61,541 bases of DNA from an uncultured Rickettsiales bacterium (lineage in GTDB: Bacteria; Pseudomonadota; Alphaproteobacteria; Rickettsiales; JABDBP01): NCBI GenBank assembly GCA_964450945.1, contig CAYVHI010000005.1:1-61541 (forward strand), given 5' to 3'. Both the position numbers and the translations under genes were made by a program. Positions 9,086 through 18,595 of the stretch are shown piece by piece. Under the pieces are notes generated by a model. The model ran no database searches and was not told the origin of the DNA. It saw only the letters and a list, made by a program, of their open reading frames with translations. How positions within the stretch are numbered: position 1 is the stretch's first letter; every line of letters begins with the position of its first letter.

Positions 9086-11146
9086 TTATGGTGCAGGAAC
9101 CGGTGGTGGTGGAGCCTTTACAGCATCTATAGGAGGCGCCAGAAGTTCTGGTGGAAGGCCTATATTTGTCTGTGATTTTTCTATAGCAGGAGCCTTTTGG
9201 GTATTGGAGAATAGGCTTTGTGGGATATTACTCTTGGTATCCTCAGGTTTTACAGATGCCGGCGGTGCAACCTGCGAAGAAATGGCTGGTGCTGTTGCTG
9301 GTGCTGGTATAGCAGCCGGAATCTCCAGAGATGGTGGAACTTGTGGCGATGAACCAGGAACTTCCATTAGCACAGGAGCTGCTGTTTGAGGTTTTACTTC
9401 TTCTTTCACTGCCGAAGTCGCCGCATTATCAGCGGGTTTTGTAGTTTGTCCTGCTGTTGGCTGAGGTGCAGACAAAGGTAAATCCTCAGGTTCATCGAGC
9501 ATTCCAGGCAAAGTAGGAACTTTTGGCTTCTCTTCTTTTAGGCTGGAAGGAGCAGTAGCAGGTTTTTCTGCACCGGGGGGCGGTGGTAAAGCCCCTGGTG
9601 AAGGTAAAACTCCTGGTGGCAATAGTGGCGGCGCGTCTGTTTTCTTTTCTTTTTCTATAAGTGTTTTTTCAGAACTCATTAAATTCTTCAGGAAATCAGA
9701 GAAACTCTTTTTTATCTTTTCTTTTGTATCAGAAGTAGCTTCTTTTGCTTTTTCTGCTGGTTTTGCTGATTCAGGAACAGCCACTTCTTTATCAGGCGCT
9801 TTTTCTTTGCCATAAAGTTTCTCTTTTAGCAGTACTGGCGGTTTTTCTTCTGCTTTTTCCTGTAACTCAAACTCCTTTTTCTGTTGCTCTATACCGCGCT
9901 GAATGCGTTGTTCGTTTTCTTTTACCTTGGCAATACGTATTTCTTCAGCCTTCTGCTCAAGTATGCGAGCAATCACAGGTTGTTCCTGAGATATGGCAAT
10001 ATCAAGTGCTGTCTTGCCATAATCTGTTTTTATTTCAGTATCTGCACCGGCTTCCAGAAGCACTGTTACTATGTCTTTGCTTCCTATGAATGATGCAACA
10101 TGCAGGGATGTCAGTCCATGAGGGCCAATAGCATTTACATCTGCCCCCCTTGCAATAAGCAGCCTGGTAATCTCAACCTCCCCACCAAGAACAGCACGCA
10201 TAAGAACTGTTTCACCTTTCTGGTTACGCATTTCTATATTTCTTCCCATATCAAGAATTGAACGCAGCGCTTCAATGTTTCCCTGCTCTGCTGTAGTAAA
10301 CATCAGATTATCGTAATCCTCTTCATAAACTGCCTTTGGCAGGTGTGTGTTATCGCCGTTATATTCTTTTTTATATATTACACCTGGAAGTCTCTGTGTC
10401 TTATACGTTGAAGGTTTCTTTTCTGATATTATTTCTTTCTTACTTTCTTTTCCTTTTACTTTGCCAGAATTCTTACCTTGTTCCTGAATTATGATTTCAT
10501 CACTTTCTTTAGTCTTTATCACTGGCTCCGGTTCAAAGAGCCCTTCGTCTGGTTCTCCGGGGTTTAGCGGCACCAAGCTTTCTTCAGCTTTTACTGTCTT
10601 TTTTTCTTCTTTTTTCTTTATATCAGGTTTTGGAGTGGCTGGGTTTGCTCCCATATTTGCTGCTGGAGTTGGAATAGTTGCGGGGGCAATTATAACTGGC
10701 TGGCTAGGCAAAGCTGGTGGCGGCAAGTTACCGGTGTTACCTGTATTAGGAACAACCGTTGTTGAAGGCTTCATTAAATTTGCTGGTTCAGGAAGCGCTG
10801 GCGGTGTAATTGCTGCAGGTGGAATGTTTGCGGAAGAAGGTGTATTTTCTGTTGGCGCTGGTATTGCTGGGGATGTACTGTTCATTATTGGTGGGGTGTT
10901 GAGCCCAGGAACTTTCAGTTCCAGTGTCGGGTTTGCTGGTCCTCCGCCTGTTTCAACCGGGCCAAGCAATTCTACAGGCAATCCCTTTAGCGGATCATCA
11001 CTTCCGCCAGGTAATATGGGGTCTCCCGACAGCGGAGCTTCTTCTAATGGCGGATCATCGGCAGCTACTGCATCTTGCTGGGCTACTGCGGGCACAGTTT
11101 GTAAAAAAAGGAAAGCAGAAGCTATAGCAGCAATGTAATATTTCAT
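9086..11146 (-). CDS. secreted ankyrin-repeat protein with Pro-rich disordered flanks (possibly RARP-1-like)
   Basis: Sec signal MKYYIAAIASAFLFLQTVPAVA; ankyrin repeats GETVLMRAV, GLTSLHVAS, GKTALDIA; Pro-rich N- and C-terminal regions. Confidence 0.8.
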   Translation of the reverse strand: MKYYIAAIASAFLFLQTVPAVAQQDAVAADDPPLEEAPLSGDPILPGGSDDPLKGLPVELLGPVETGGGPANPTLELKVPGLNTPPIMNSTSPAIPAPTENTPSSANIPPAAITPPALPEPANLMKPSTTVVPNTGNTGNLPPPALPSQPVIIAPATIPTPAANMGANPATPKPDIKKKEEKKTVKAEESLVPLNPGEPDEGLFEPEPVIKTKESDEIIIQEQGKNSGKVKGKESKKEIISEKKPSTYKTQRLPGVIYKKEYNGDNTHLPKAVYEEDYDNLMFTTAEQGNIEALRSILDMGRNIEMRNQKGETVLMRAVLGGEVEITRLLIARGADVNAIGPHGLTSLHVASFIGSKDIVTVLLEAGADTEIKTDYGKTALDIAISQEQPVIARILEQKAEEIRIAKVKENEQRIQRGIEQQKKEFELQEKAEEKPPVLLKEKLYGKEKAPDKEVAVPESAKPAEKAKEATSDTKEKIKKSFSDFLKNLMSSEKTLIEKEKKTDAPPLLPPGVLPSPGALPPPPGAEKPATAPSSLKEEKPKVPTLPGMLDEPEDLPLSAPQPTAGQTTKPADNAATSAVKEEVKPQTAAPVLMEVPGSSPQVPPSLEIPAAIPAPATAPAISSQVAPPASVKPEDTKSNIPQSLFSNTQKAPAIEKSQTNIGLPPELLAPPIDAVKAPPPPVPAP

Positions 11147-11169
11147 ATCAGTCAGTGTTAGCAAAATTT

Positions 11170-14100
11170 TTAGCTTTCAGCAACACGCCAGACACCTTGT
11201 ATACTCCTTATATGATCAAAATTATTATCATTTATATGATGAAGTTCTAGTAATTCCATCTCTACCTGCATATTTTGCTCTGTCTCTATAACTATAGAAA
11301 TTTTTGTCCGTCCTTTCCCGGAGTTTATGAATAATGTCTTAAGTTCTGGCAGGCACTCCTTCTTATTGATAAATATTTTAATGCTGCGCTGCTGGTTCTT
11401 TAATACTTCATCTAAAAGCACTATTGAATCAGCTACCAGCCTCACCCCACCTTCATCTTTCCTTGCATCAACGGTTATAAGGAGAGGCGCCTTTCCTTCT
11501 ATTAGATCACGCGAATCAGAAATAAGCCGGTCATCAAAAAGTGATATTTCTATTACGCCTGTTGGATCAGAGAACTGCAGGTATGTGAACCGCCTTTTTC
11601 CTGATGCGCGGTGAGTGGTTGCTGTAACCACCCCTGCCAGTTTAACTTTTTTCCCACGGCTACCTTCCGGGATAATTTCAGCAAGGCGGGAGGCTGAAAC
11701 TACACCCATTTTCTCAACATCTTTCACGTATACGTCTATAGGGTGTGAATATAGATAAAACCCTAGTGCCTCAAAATCGTTATGCATTTTTTCTTCACGC
11801 GTCCAGTCCGGCATATCGGGAAGTGATGGAGCAGGTATCGCAACATTCTCTGCATCGCCAAAAAGGCTTACCTGATTGGTATTTCTTTCTTGTGTGGCAG
11901 CAGCGTTATATTTAGTAAGAATATGGGCTGATTCAAAAACCTGACGGCGGTTCTTATGTATACTGTCCAGTGCCCCTGCTTTTGCCAGGCTTTCTATCTG
12001 CCGCTTGTTTACAGCCTTTGAATCACACCTTGCTGCAAAATCGAAAATATTTTTAAATGGACCATTTAAATCTCTTTCTTGCTGCATCAGCTGCATGGCG
12101 TATATGCCAACATTCTTCAAAGCGCCAAGACCGTAGCGTATACATTTTTTCCCTTCTGCATCCACTTCTACTGAAAAATAAGCTTCAGAAGAATTTATAT
12201 CAGGGGGTAGTATCTGTATTCCGTGATTTATGGCTTCCTGCCTGAACAAGTTAAGCTTATCAGTATCATTTATATCAAGATTCATTGATGCAACTATGAA
12301 TTCCACCGGCCAGTTAGCTTTAAGGTATGCGGTCTGGTAAGAGATGATTGCATATGCCGCTGCGTGGGATTTATTGAATCCATAGCCAGCGAATTTATCC
12401 ACAAGATCAAATATCGATGCTGCTTTATTTTTATCAACGCCTTTTGCAACCGCACCACTTACAAATTGTTCACGCTGCGCTGCCATCTCAGCAACATTCT
12501 TTTTACCCATCGCCCGGCGCAAGAGATCAGCTGCACCAAGCGTATATCCGGCAAGCACCTGTGCAATCTGCATTACCTGCTCCTGATAGATTATTACACC
12601 GAAAGTCTCTTTCAATATTCCTTCAAGCATTGGGTGCAGATAATCGGGCTTTTCCGTGCCATGTTTTCTGGAGATATAAGTCGGGATATTATCCATCGGG
12701 CCTGGGCGGTAAAGTGAGATAAGAGCGATTATGTCTTCTATTTTATCTGCTTTCATCTTGCGCAGGGCATCCCGCATTCCATAACTTTCCAGCTGGAACA
12801 CACCGACTGCATCACCTTTGGAAAGCAGCTCATAAGTTTTCTTATCATCATATTTGATCGATATATCCACTTTCCTGTTTTCTAACTTCTCCACCAGTTT
12901 GCGCGCATTCTCTATGACGGTAAGCGTCTTAAGGCCAAGGAAGTCAAACTTAACAAGCCCCGCAGATTCCGCGCTTTTCATTGAATACTGAATTGCGTGC
13001 ATGTCAGATTTTGCATCTGCATAAAGTGGAACAATATCGGTAAGCGGTTTATCGGAAATCACCACTCCGGCTGCGTGGGTGGAGGCGTGGCGATGTAAAC
13101 CTTCCAGTTTAAGGCCAATATCAAGGAGCTTTGCGATTTGCTCATCCGTGTCCCTTTCTTTCTGTAATACCGGGTCAAGATCTATGGCTTGCGATAATGT
13201 AATTGGATTTATCGGGTTGAACGGCACCATCTTGCATATCTTGTCCACCTGCGTATATGGCATTTGCAGCACGCGGCCCACATCGCGGAGAACCGCCCTC
13301 GCTTGCAATTTTCCGAAAGTTATTATCTGCGCAACCCTGTCCCGGCCATATTTTTCCCGCACATAAGATATAACTTCATCACGGCGTTCCTGGCAGAAAT
13401 CGATATCAAAATCCGGCATCGATATACGGTCAGGATTTAAGAATCTTTCAAACAGTAGGCCAAAGCGCAAGGGGTTAAGGTCGGTTATCTCAAGCGCCCA
13501 TGCAACAACCGAGCCAGCGCCCGATCCACGGCCCGGGCCAACCGGTATTCCTTGAGATTTACTCCAACGTATGAAATCGGAAACTATCAGGAAGTAGCCG
13601 GAGAATTTCATCCTTGTTATTACATCAAGTTCAAATTTCAGCCTATCAAAATATGGCTTGGCTTTTTCTTCTTTCTCATTTTCGCTGAGACCACTTTCAA
13701 ATACTTCTTTTTCCAGGCGCATCTTAAGCCCCGTTTCAGAAGCGGTAAGAAGTTCCTGCTCTTCGGTGTTGCCGTTGCTGGTAGGGAATTTCGGCAGCAT
13801 AGGTGCGCTTTCATAAGCCATGACGCTGCATCTTCTGGCAATAGCCACTGTATTTTCTATTGCTTCCGGTATATCGGCAAACAGCTTTACCATTTCATCT
13901 GCAGTTTTAAAATAGTGGCCGGGGGAAAGCCTTCTTCTGTCTTCATCTGCTATATATTTCCCATCAGCTATGCATAATAAAACTTCGGCGGCCTCAAACA
14001 TTGAGCTTTCGGAAAAATGCACATCATTGGTCGCGACAAGGGGAATATTTTCTTTGTAAGCAATATCAAGAAATGCTTTTTCAGTTTTCTTTTCAGCTTC

Positions 14101-14631
14101 CATGCCATGACGCATGATTTCAATATAGAAACTTTCAGGAAAAATATTTTTTAAGGATTTTGCATATTTTTCTGCCGCCTCTATGTTTCCGGCGATAGCA
14201 TATTTTCCTATGGGTCCTCCGGGACCGCCCGATAGAACGATGAGCCCTTCCGCACACTGTTTTAGTTCATCAAGTGTTATATATGGTTTAGAGCTGCGGT
14301 TTGAGATGAATGCATTTGTTATAAGTGAGATCAGGTTTTTATATCCTGCATTATTTTTTGCCAGGGCAACTATTGATCCTTCTATTTCCGCATTTTCATT
14401 ACCGATGAAAATAACTGAACCTATTATTGGTTGAACACCAGCTTTCAGGCAGGCGGTTGAAAATTCGAGCGAACCGAAAAGGTTACAGCTATCCGTTATG
14501 GCAACCGCCGGCATGCGGTTCTTCGTTGCCATATCGGCAATATCCTTAACCTTTATAGCCCCTTCGGAAAGGGAGTATGAGCTGTGTATGCGTAAATGGA
14601 TAAATTGCTGTGCCATAACGCAGTTAAACAT
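11170..14631 (-). CDS. dnaE: DNA polymerase III alpha subunit
   Basis: PHP motif HLRIHSSYSL, GPGRGSGAGS, SMPDFDIDF, KFDFLGL, GYGFNKSHAAAY; GGAG RBS upstream. Confidence 0.98.
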   Translation of the reverse strand: MFNCVMAQQFIHLRIHSSYSLSEGAIKVKDIADMATKNRMPAVAITDSCNLFGSLEFSTACLKAGVQPIIGSVIFIGNENAEIEGSIVALAKNNAGYKNLISLITNAFISNRSSKPYITLDELKQCAEGLIVLSGGPGGPIGKYAIAGNIEAAEKYAKSLKNIFPESFYIEIMRHGMEAEKKTEKAFLDIAYKENIPLVATNDVHFSESSMFEAAEVLLCIADGKYIADEDRRRLSPGHYFKTADEMVKLFADIPEAIENTVAIARRCSVMAYESAPMLPKFPTSNGNTEEQELLTASETGLKMRLEKEVFESGLSENEKEEKAKPYFDRLKFELDVITRMKFSGYFLIVSDFIRWSKSQGIPVGPGRGSGAGSVVAWALEITDLNPLRFGLLFERFLNPDRISMPDFDIDFCQERRDEVISYVREKYGRDRVAQIITFGKLQARAVLRDVGRVLQMPYTQVDKICKMVPFNPINPITLSQAIDLDPVLQKERDTDEQIAKLLDIGLKLEGLHRHASTHAAGVVISDKPLTDIVPLYADAKSDMHAIQYSMKSAESAGLVKFDFLGLKTLTVIENARKLVEKLENRKVDISIKYDDKKTYELLSKGDAVGVFQLESYGMRDALRKMKADKIEDIIALISLYRPGPMDNIPTYISRKHGTEKPDYLHPMLEGILKETFGVIIYQEQVMQIAQVLAGYTLGAADLLRRAMGKKNVAEMAAQREQFVSGAVAKGVDKNKAASIFDLVDKFAGYGFNKSHAAAYAIISYQTAYLKANWPVEFIVASMNLDINDTDKLNLFRQEAINHGIQILPPDINSSEAYFSVEVDAEGKKCIRYGLGALKNVGIYAMQLMQQERDLNGPFKNIFDFAARCDSKAVNKRQIESLAKAGALDSIHKNRRQVFESAHILTKYNAAATQERNTNQVSLFGDAENVAIPAPSLPDMPDWTREEKMHNDFEALGFYLYSHPIDVYVKDVEKMGVVSASRLAEIIPEGSRGKKVKLAGVVTATTHRASGKRRFTYLQFSDPTGVIEISLFDDRLISDSRDLIEGKAPLLITVDARKDEGGVRLVADSIVLLDEVLKNQQRSIKIFINKKECLPELKTLFINSGKGRTKISIVIETEQNMQVEMELLELHHINDNNFDHIRSIQGVWRVAES

Positions 14632-14738
14632 AAAGCTCCCGCAAAATAAGAAAAGTAAAAAATAATATTCAGTCTTTTCATTTACTTAAGAGAAAAATTT
14701 TGTTATAAATGCTTCATTCTTCCAGGGAGGAGGTTTAT

Positions 14739-15134
14739 ATGAGGTTACTGGATATTATATTTGGGCATGGCCCGGGTAAAAAAGTGTTCAATAAGAAAGA
14801 AGAGTTTCAAAAATTCAAACGCGCTGTCGAAGAACTCCGGTGGACAGAACCTAACTCTGCATTATTCCCCAAAGAAAATCTCAAAATACCATTCCCTGCC
14901 GGTGAACTTACCATGATGGGGGTTACAACGATAAAAGAAATACACGGCATAATCGAAAATAAAATGCGCATTTTCGGCCTTAACAGCCCTAAAGATTTCG
15001 TCTGCTGGCGGAATATGGGGGCCTCTGAAAAAGATGAATATTTTGTCGGTCTTACAAAAGAAGGTGAAAAAATGCTTTCCCGCATGGGGGTTAAGGCAAA
15101 ATTAAGTTCCAGCTCCTCTTCCACAAAACATTAA
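14739..15134 (+). CDS. hypothetical protein
   Basis: Strong RBS GGAGGAGG before ATG 14739; 131-aa frame; no known motif. Confidence 0.7.
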   Translation: MRLLDIIFGHGPGKKVFNKKEEFQKFKRAVEELRWTEPNSALFPKENLKIPFPAGELTMMGVTTIKEIHGIIENKMRIFGLNSPKDFVCWRNMGASEKDEYFVGLTKEGEKMLSRMGVKAKLSSSSSSTKH

Positions 15135-15190
15135 AAAAATAAAGTAAAAGCTGGATTTTTTCATTAACCCGGAATATATTTCTGTCCCCT

Positions 15191-15311
15191 GGGGTTTTTA
15201 TTTTAGTCAGGTACTAGGAGTACAAGGCGAGAAGGAGGAGCGTACAAAAATAGGTACGTGACCGACTTTGAGTCCGAAGTACGACGAAGTGGATGGTAAA
15301 ATAAAAAGCCC
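15191..15311. repeat. ~120-bp palindromic element, copy 4
   Basis: TIR GGGGTTTTTATTTTA / TAAAATAAAAAGCCC (1 mismatch); core GCGTAC-AAAAATAG-GTACGTGAC. Confidence 0.8.
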
Positions 15312-15330
15312 ATAAAGCTAGAGGTATATT

Positions 15331-16305
15331 ATGAAATTATCAGTCGTAATCCCGGTTTATAACGAGCAGGAAAACATCCGCCCGTTGATAGAATCTTTGA
15401 ACAAGAATCTGGAAGGCATAGATCATGAAGTGATCTTTGTTGATGATGGCTCTATTGATAAAACTGTTGATGAAATCCTAAAACGCAGCAATGAAAATAC
15501 CCGCGTTATTTGCTTCAGCCGTAATTTTGGCCAGACTTCCGCGCTTGCTGCAGGAATAGAGGAAGCAAAGGGAAAATATATCGCAACCATTGATGGTGAT
15601 CTTCAGAATGATCCTTCTGATATCGCTATGATGCTTACCAAGCTCGAAAAAGATGGCCTTGATGTCATAACAGGGGTAAGGGCAAACCGGCAGGATGGTC
15701 TTATACTCCGCAAAATACCAAGCCTGGTTGCCAACTGGCTTATCCGCGCAGTTACAAAAGTCAGGGTTCATGATTACGGCTGCACCTTAAAAGTTTTCCG
15801 TGCTGATCTTGCCAAGAAACTTGATCTTTATGGCGAGCTTCACCGTTTCATACCAATCCTTGCAAATATCCAGGGCGCAAAAATTTCTGAAGTCAGGGTG
15901 AAGCATCATGCCCGCCAGTTCGGCCGTTCAAAATATGGTATTGGCAGAACCTTGAAAGTCGCGAGCGATATATTGCTGATGTTCTTCTTTTCAAAATACC
16001 GGCAGAAGCCAATGCATCTTTTCGGCACCATCGGTATAGGTATGTTCGCCGTTGGTTTCATTATTGAAAGCTACCTAATGCTGCTTAAGCTTGCCGGGCA
16101 GGATATTGGCCACCGGCCACTATTCTATATAGGTATACTTCTTCTGATTACTTCGGTACAGTTTATAACTACCGGCTTCATAGCTGAGCTTATAATGCGC
16201 ACATATTTCGGCGCACAGAATATAAAGCCGTATAATATAAGCCAGCGTTTTTCTGCCGGCCGGGAAATAACAGCAAGCCCTTCAAAAACCCGCAAAGCTG
16301 CCTAG
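15331..16305 (+). CDS. polyprenol-phosphate glycosyltransferase, GT2 (ArnC/GtrB/DPM1-like)
   Basis: VIPVYNE, VDDGS, RNFGQ, DGDLQNDP, DYGCTLK, GELHRFIP, two C-terminal TM helices. Confidence 0.92.
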   Translation: MKLSVVIPVYNEQENIRPLIESLNKNLEGIDHEVIFVDDGSIDKTVDEILKRSNENTRVICFSRNFGQTSALAAGIEEAKGKYIATIDGDLQNDPSDIAMMLTKLEKDGLDVITGVRANRQDGLILRKIPSLVANWLIRAVTKVRVHDYGCTLKVFRADLAKKLDLYGELHRFIPILANIQGAKISEVRVKHHARQFGRSKYGIGRTLKVASDILLMFFFSKYRQKPMHLFGTIGIGMFAVGFIIESYLMLLKLAGQDIGHRPLFYIGILLLITSVQFITTGFIAELIMRTYFGAQNIKPYNISQRFSAGREITASPSKTRKAA

Positions 16306-17187
16306 ATGCAAAAAGAGCGTTTAAAGAAATACGCAAAATTTTTTTTAAAACTTGCGGTAACGGCGTGGGCCATAAGCATAATAATTAAAGCCGCTGATGT
16401 TCCTAAAATATGGGAATACCTGCATACAGCCTCACCATTAAATATAATCGCCGCATTCATTGTTCTAAACACTGGGCAGATAATAAGTTCTCTCCGCATG
16501 CGTTATTACTTTGCTGCAAACGGCCTTAAGCTCCCTTATAAATATGCTGTGCTGCTTTATTTTGTCGGCAACCTATTCAATCTTGTTCTTCCCGGCGGCA
16601 TCGGTGGCGATGGTTATAAAGCCTACATTGCAAAGAAATACGGAAAGATTTCGGTGATTACAGGTGTGCGCGTCATGATTTCAAACCGCGCCAACGGCCT
16701 GTTGTTGTTGATTCTGATTACTTCAGCACTTTCTCTCTTTAGCAGCCGCATAACATCCATGCCATATATTTATCTTGGTCTTGCGGCATTAGTTTTTCTT
16801 ACAGTTATAAGTTATTCGTTCATTGCCTATTATTTTCTGAAGGAGCCGGTGAAAATACAGCTTGGCGCCACTTTCTATTCTGTCTTCGTGCAATTATTTG
16901 TAGCGCTCACGGTCTTCTTTCTTTTGCTTGGCCGCGGCGTTGCCGGAAACATGATTGATTACATAATCCTGTTCATGATTTCTTCCATTATCACTATAAT
17001 TCCTATTTCTATTGGCGGTGTAGGACTCCGCGAACTCACATTCTTTAAAGGAGCACCTCTTCTGGGTCTTGATCCAGAACTTGGAATTGCAATTTGCATT
17101 ATCTATTTTATTATTAACTCCATATCATCACTTGTCGGACTTTTATTTTTACATAAGCTAAAGGAGATTTCTCATGGCCGCACTTGA
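16306..17187 (+). CDS. lysylphosphatidylglycerol-synthase-TM / flippase-like membrane protein
   Basis: NLVLPGGIGGD and PISIGGVGLRE motifs, multiple TM segments, directly after the GT2. Confidence 0.85.
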   Translation: MQKERLKKYAKFFLKLAVTAWAISIIIKAADVPKIWEYLHTASPLNIIAAFIVLNTGQIISSLRMRYYFAANGLKLPYKYAVLLYFVGNLFNLVLPGGIGGDGYKAYIAKKYGKISVITGVRVMISNRANGLLLLILITSALSLFSSRITSMPYIYLGLAALVFLTVISYSFIAYYFLKEPVKIQLGATFYSVFVQLFVALTVFFLLLGRGVAGNMIDYIILFMISSIITIIPISIGGVGLRELTFFKGAPLLGLDPELGIAICIIYFIINSISSLVGLLFLHKLKEISHGRT

Positions 17188-17737
17188 AACACCTAACGCA
17201 AACATCGGCTGGAAAGCACTTGATTTCAGACTGAAGAACATTGATGGAAAAGAATATTCGATGAAAGACCTGCGTGGTGTCAAGGGAACTGTCATCATGT
17301 TCATCTGCAACCATTGCCCTTATGTTAAAGCTATCCTTGATAAAATAATCCGCGACGCAAATGAACTGAAGGAACATGGTATTAATTTCATTGCTGTAAA
17401 TTCAAATGATACAGGAAATTACCCTGAAGATTCATGGGATAACATGGTGAAGCTAGCGAAGGAAAAAAACTTTCCATTCCCATATATGTTTGATGAAACA
17501 CAGAAAGTTGCCAAAGCTTATGGTGCGGTGTGTACGCCTGATTTTTTCGGGTTCAATGAATTACTACAACTACAGTACCGCGGCAGGCTTGATGATTCAA
17601 AGATGAATAGCAATAACCCTAAAGCCCCGCGTGAGCTTTTTGATGCCATGATGCAGATAGCTAAAACCGGAAAATATAAAGGCAGGACAACGCCAAGTAT
17701 TGGCTGCTCAATCAAGTGGAAGTCGGAAGCCGCCTAA
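17174..17737 (+). CDS. thioredoxin-fold AhpC/TSA-like redoxin
   Basis: FICNHCPYV, YGAVCTPDFF, YRGRLDD, PSIGCSIKW. Confidence 0.92.
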   Translation: MAALETPNANIGWKALDFRLKNIDGKEYSMKDLRGVKGTVIMFICNHCPYVKAILDKIIRDANELKEHGINFIAVNSNDTGNYPEDSWDNMVKLAKEKNFPFPYMFDETQKVAKAYGAVCTPDFFGFNELLQLQYRGRLDDSKMNSNNPKAPRELFDAMMQIAKTGKYKGRTTPSIGCSIKWKSEAA

Positions 17738-17820
17738 ATATCAATAGGTTATATAAAGAAAAAAGCAAGGTTTTGTCATAATTCCTTAACAGTATTTTGC
17801 TATATTTAAGATTATTAAAT

Positions 17821-17883
17821 TGCATATTTCTAAGGTTAAGGATTTATCCCCCCGGATAATTTCTTAGAAATATGCGGTTTTTT
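17821..17883 (+). terminator. long hairpin followed by a T-run (terminator-like)
   Basis: GCATATTTCTAAG / CTTAGAAATATGC 13-bp stem, inner TTATCC/GGATAA, then GGTTTTTT. Confidence 0.45.
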
Positions 17884-18063
17884 ACATGCTGATTCCACCT
17901 GTGGATAAGCATTCAAATCAGGAAAAACGGCCCACAAGGTGGTGGCGCCTGATTCAAAACTCTAAAACAACAATCAAAAAACATAAATCTCGTGTCCGTT
18001 CACCTCTAAGGCGCGTTGCCTTAAGGTGAAACCATAGCTTTCGCCCAGAAAGTGAGGTGTTCG

Positions 18064-18273
18064 ATGAGCAACCAGCAACCCTTCAACGACGACTTGTATT
18101 TCGTTGAAGGTCTCCAACCGGAGCCGAAGAAGGAGGAAGCCCCTCCTGACAGCGGAATCCGCATGGAGAGCTTGGAAGGCCTGAACAATTTTCTTGAGGG
18201 CCTGAAGATTGGTTGCTGGATTCTGATTGGGATCATCGTGATCCTGATTGGCATCTGGGGAATCTTCATGTGA
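18064..18273 (+). CDS. small protein with a single C-terminal TM helix (69 aa)
   Basis: GAGGTG RBS, acidic N-terminus, IGCWILIGIIVILIGIWGIFM tail, followed by hairpin AAAGAGCA/TGCTCTTT. Confidence 0.7.
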   Translation: MSNQQPFNDDLYFVEGLQPEPKKEEAPPDSGIRMESLEGLNNFLEGLKIGCWILIGIIVILIGIWGIFM

Positions 18274-18351
18274 GTTTCAGGAAAGAGCAAGGATGCTCTT
18301 TTCAAAACGTCACGGATGATTTCTTTACTTTCGCCCAGAAAGCAAGGTGTT

Positions 18352-18510
18352 ATGATGGACAACAAGAAACCCGAGAGCGACTGGCAGGCGATCAAAAGGG
18401 TGGTGAAAACCATGCCTTGGAGCGCCAAAGCTGGCCTCATCGTCTACTTTGGCGTCGTCTTGGTGGTGCTGGTGATGGCGGTGATCTTTATGGTCATCGG
18501 CCACTACTAG
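18352..18510 (+). CDS. small protein with a single C-terminal TM helix (52 aa)
   Basis: AAGGTG RBS within a header duplicated from the previous gene; GLIVYFGVVLVVLVMAVIFMVI; followed by hairpin AAGGGGAA/TTCCCCTT. Confidence 0.65.
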   Translation: MMDNKKPESDWQAIKRVVKTMPWSAKAGLIVYFGVVLVVLVMAVIFMVIGHY

Positions 18511-18595
18511 TCCTTCCAAAGGAAGGGGAACGGATTCCCCTTCCTTACTAAACTTTCAAGGATGGCTTACAACTAGTTTTAATGAAAGGTTAAAG

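Noticed and set aside
10491-11138. Long antisense ORFs (e.g. 10491-11138, 23952-24569, 39406-40038)
   Set aside because: They lie opposite well-supported genes with biased codon use and carry no independent signals.
11170-14631. Intein or split in dnaE
   Set aside because: Normal length, continuous motifs and no intein signatures.
18038-18342. Repeated CTTTCGCCCAGAAAG as a CRISPR or attC array
   Set aside because: Only two copies, 290 bp apart, with no cas or integrase gene and no GTTRRRY/RYYYAAC ends.
18021-18551. Alternative frames 18021-18440 (-), 18213-18551 (+) and 18325-18519 (-)
   Set aside because: They cross the hairpins and lack an RBS; the two RBS-led TM-peptide frames explain the region better.
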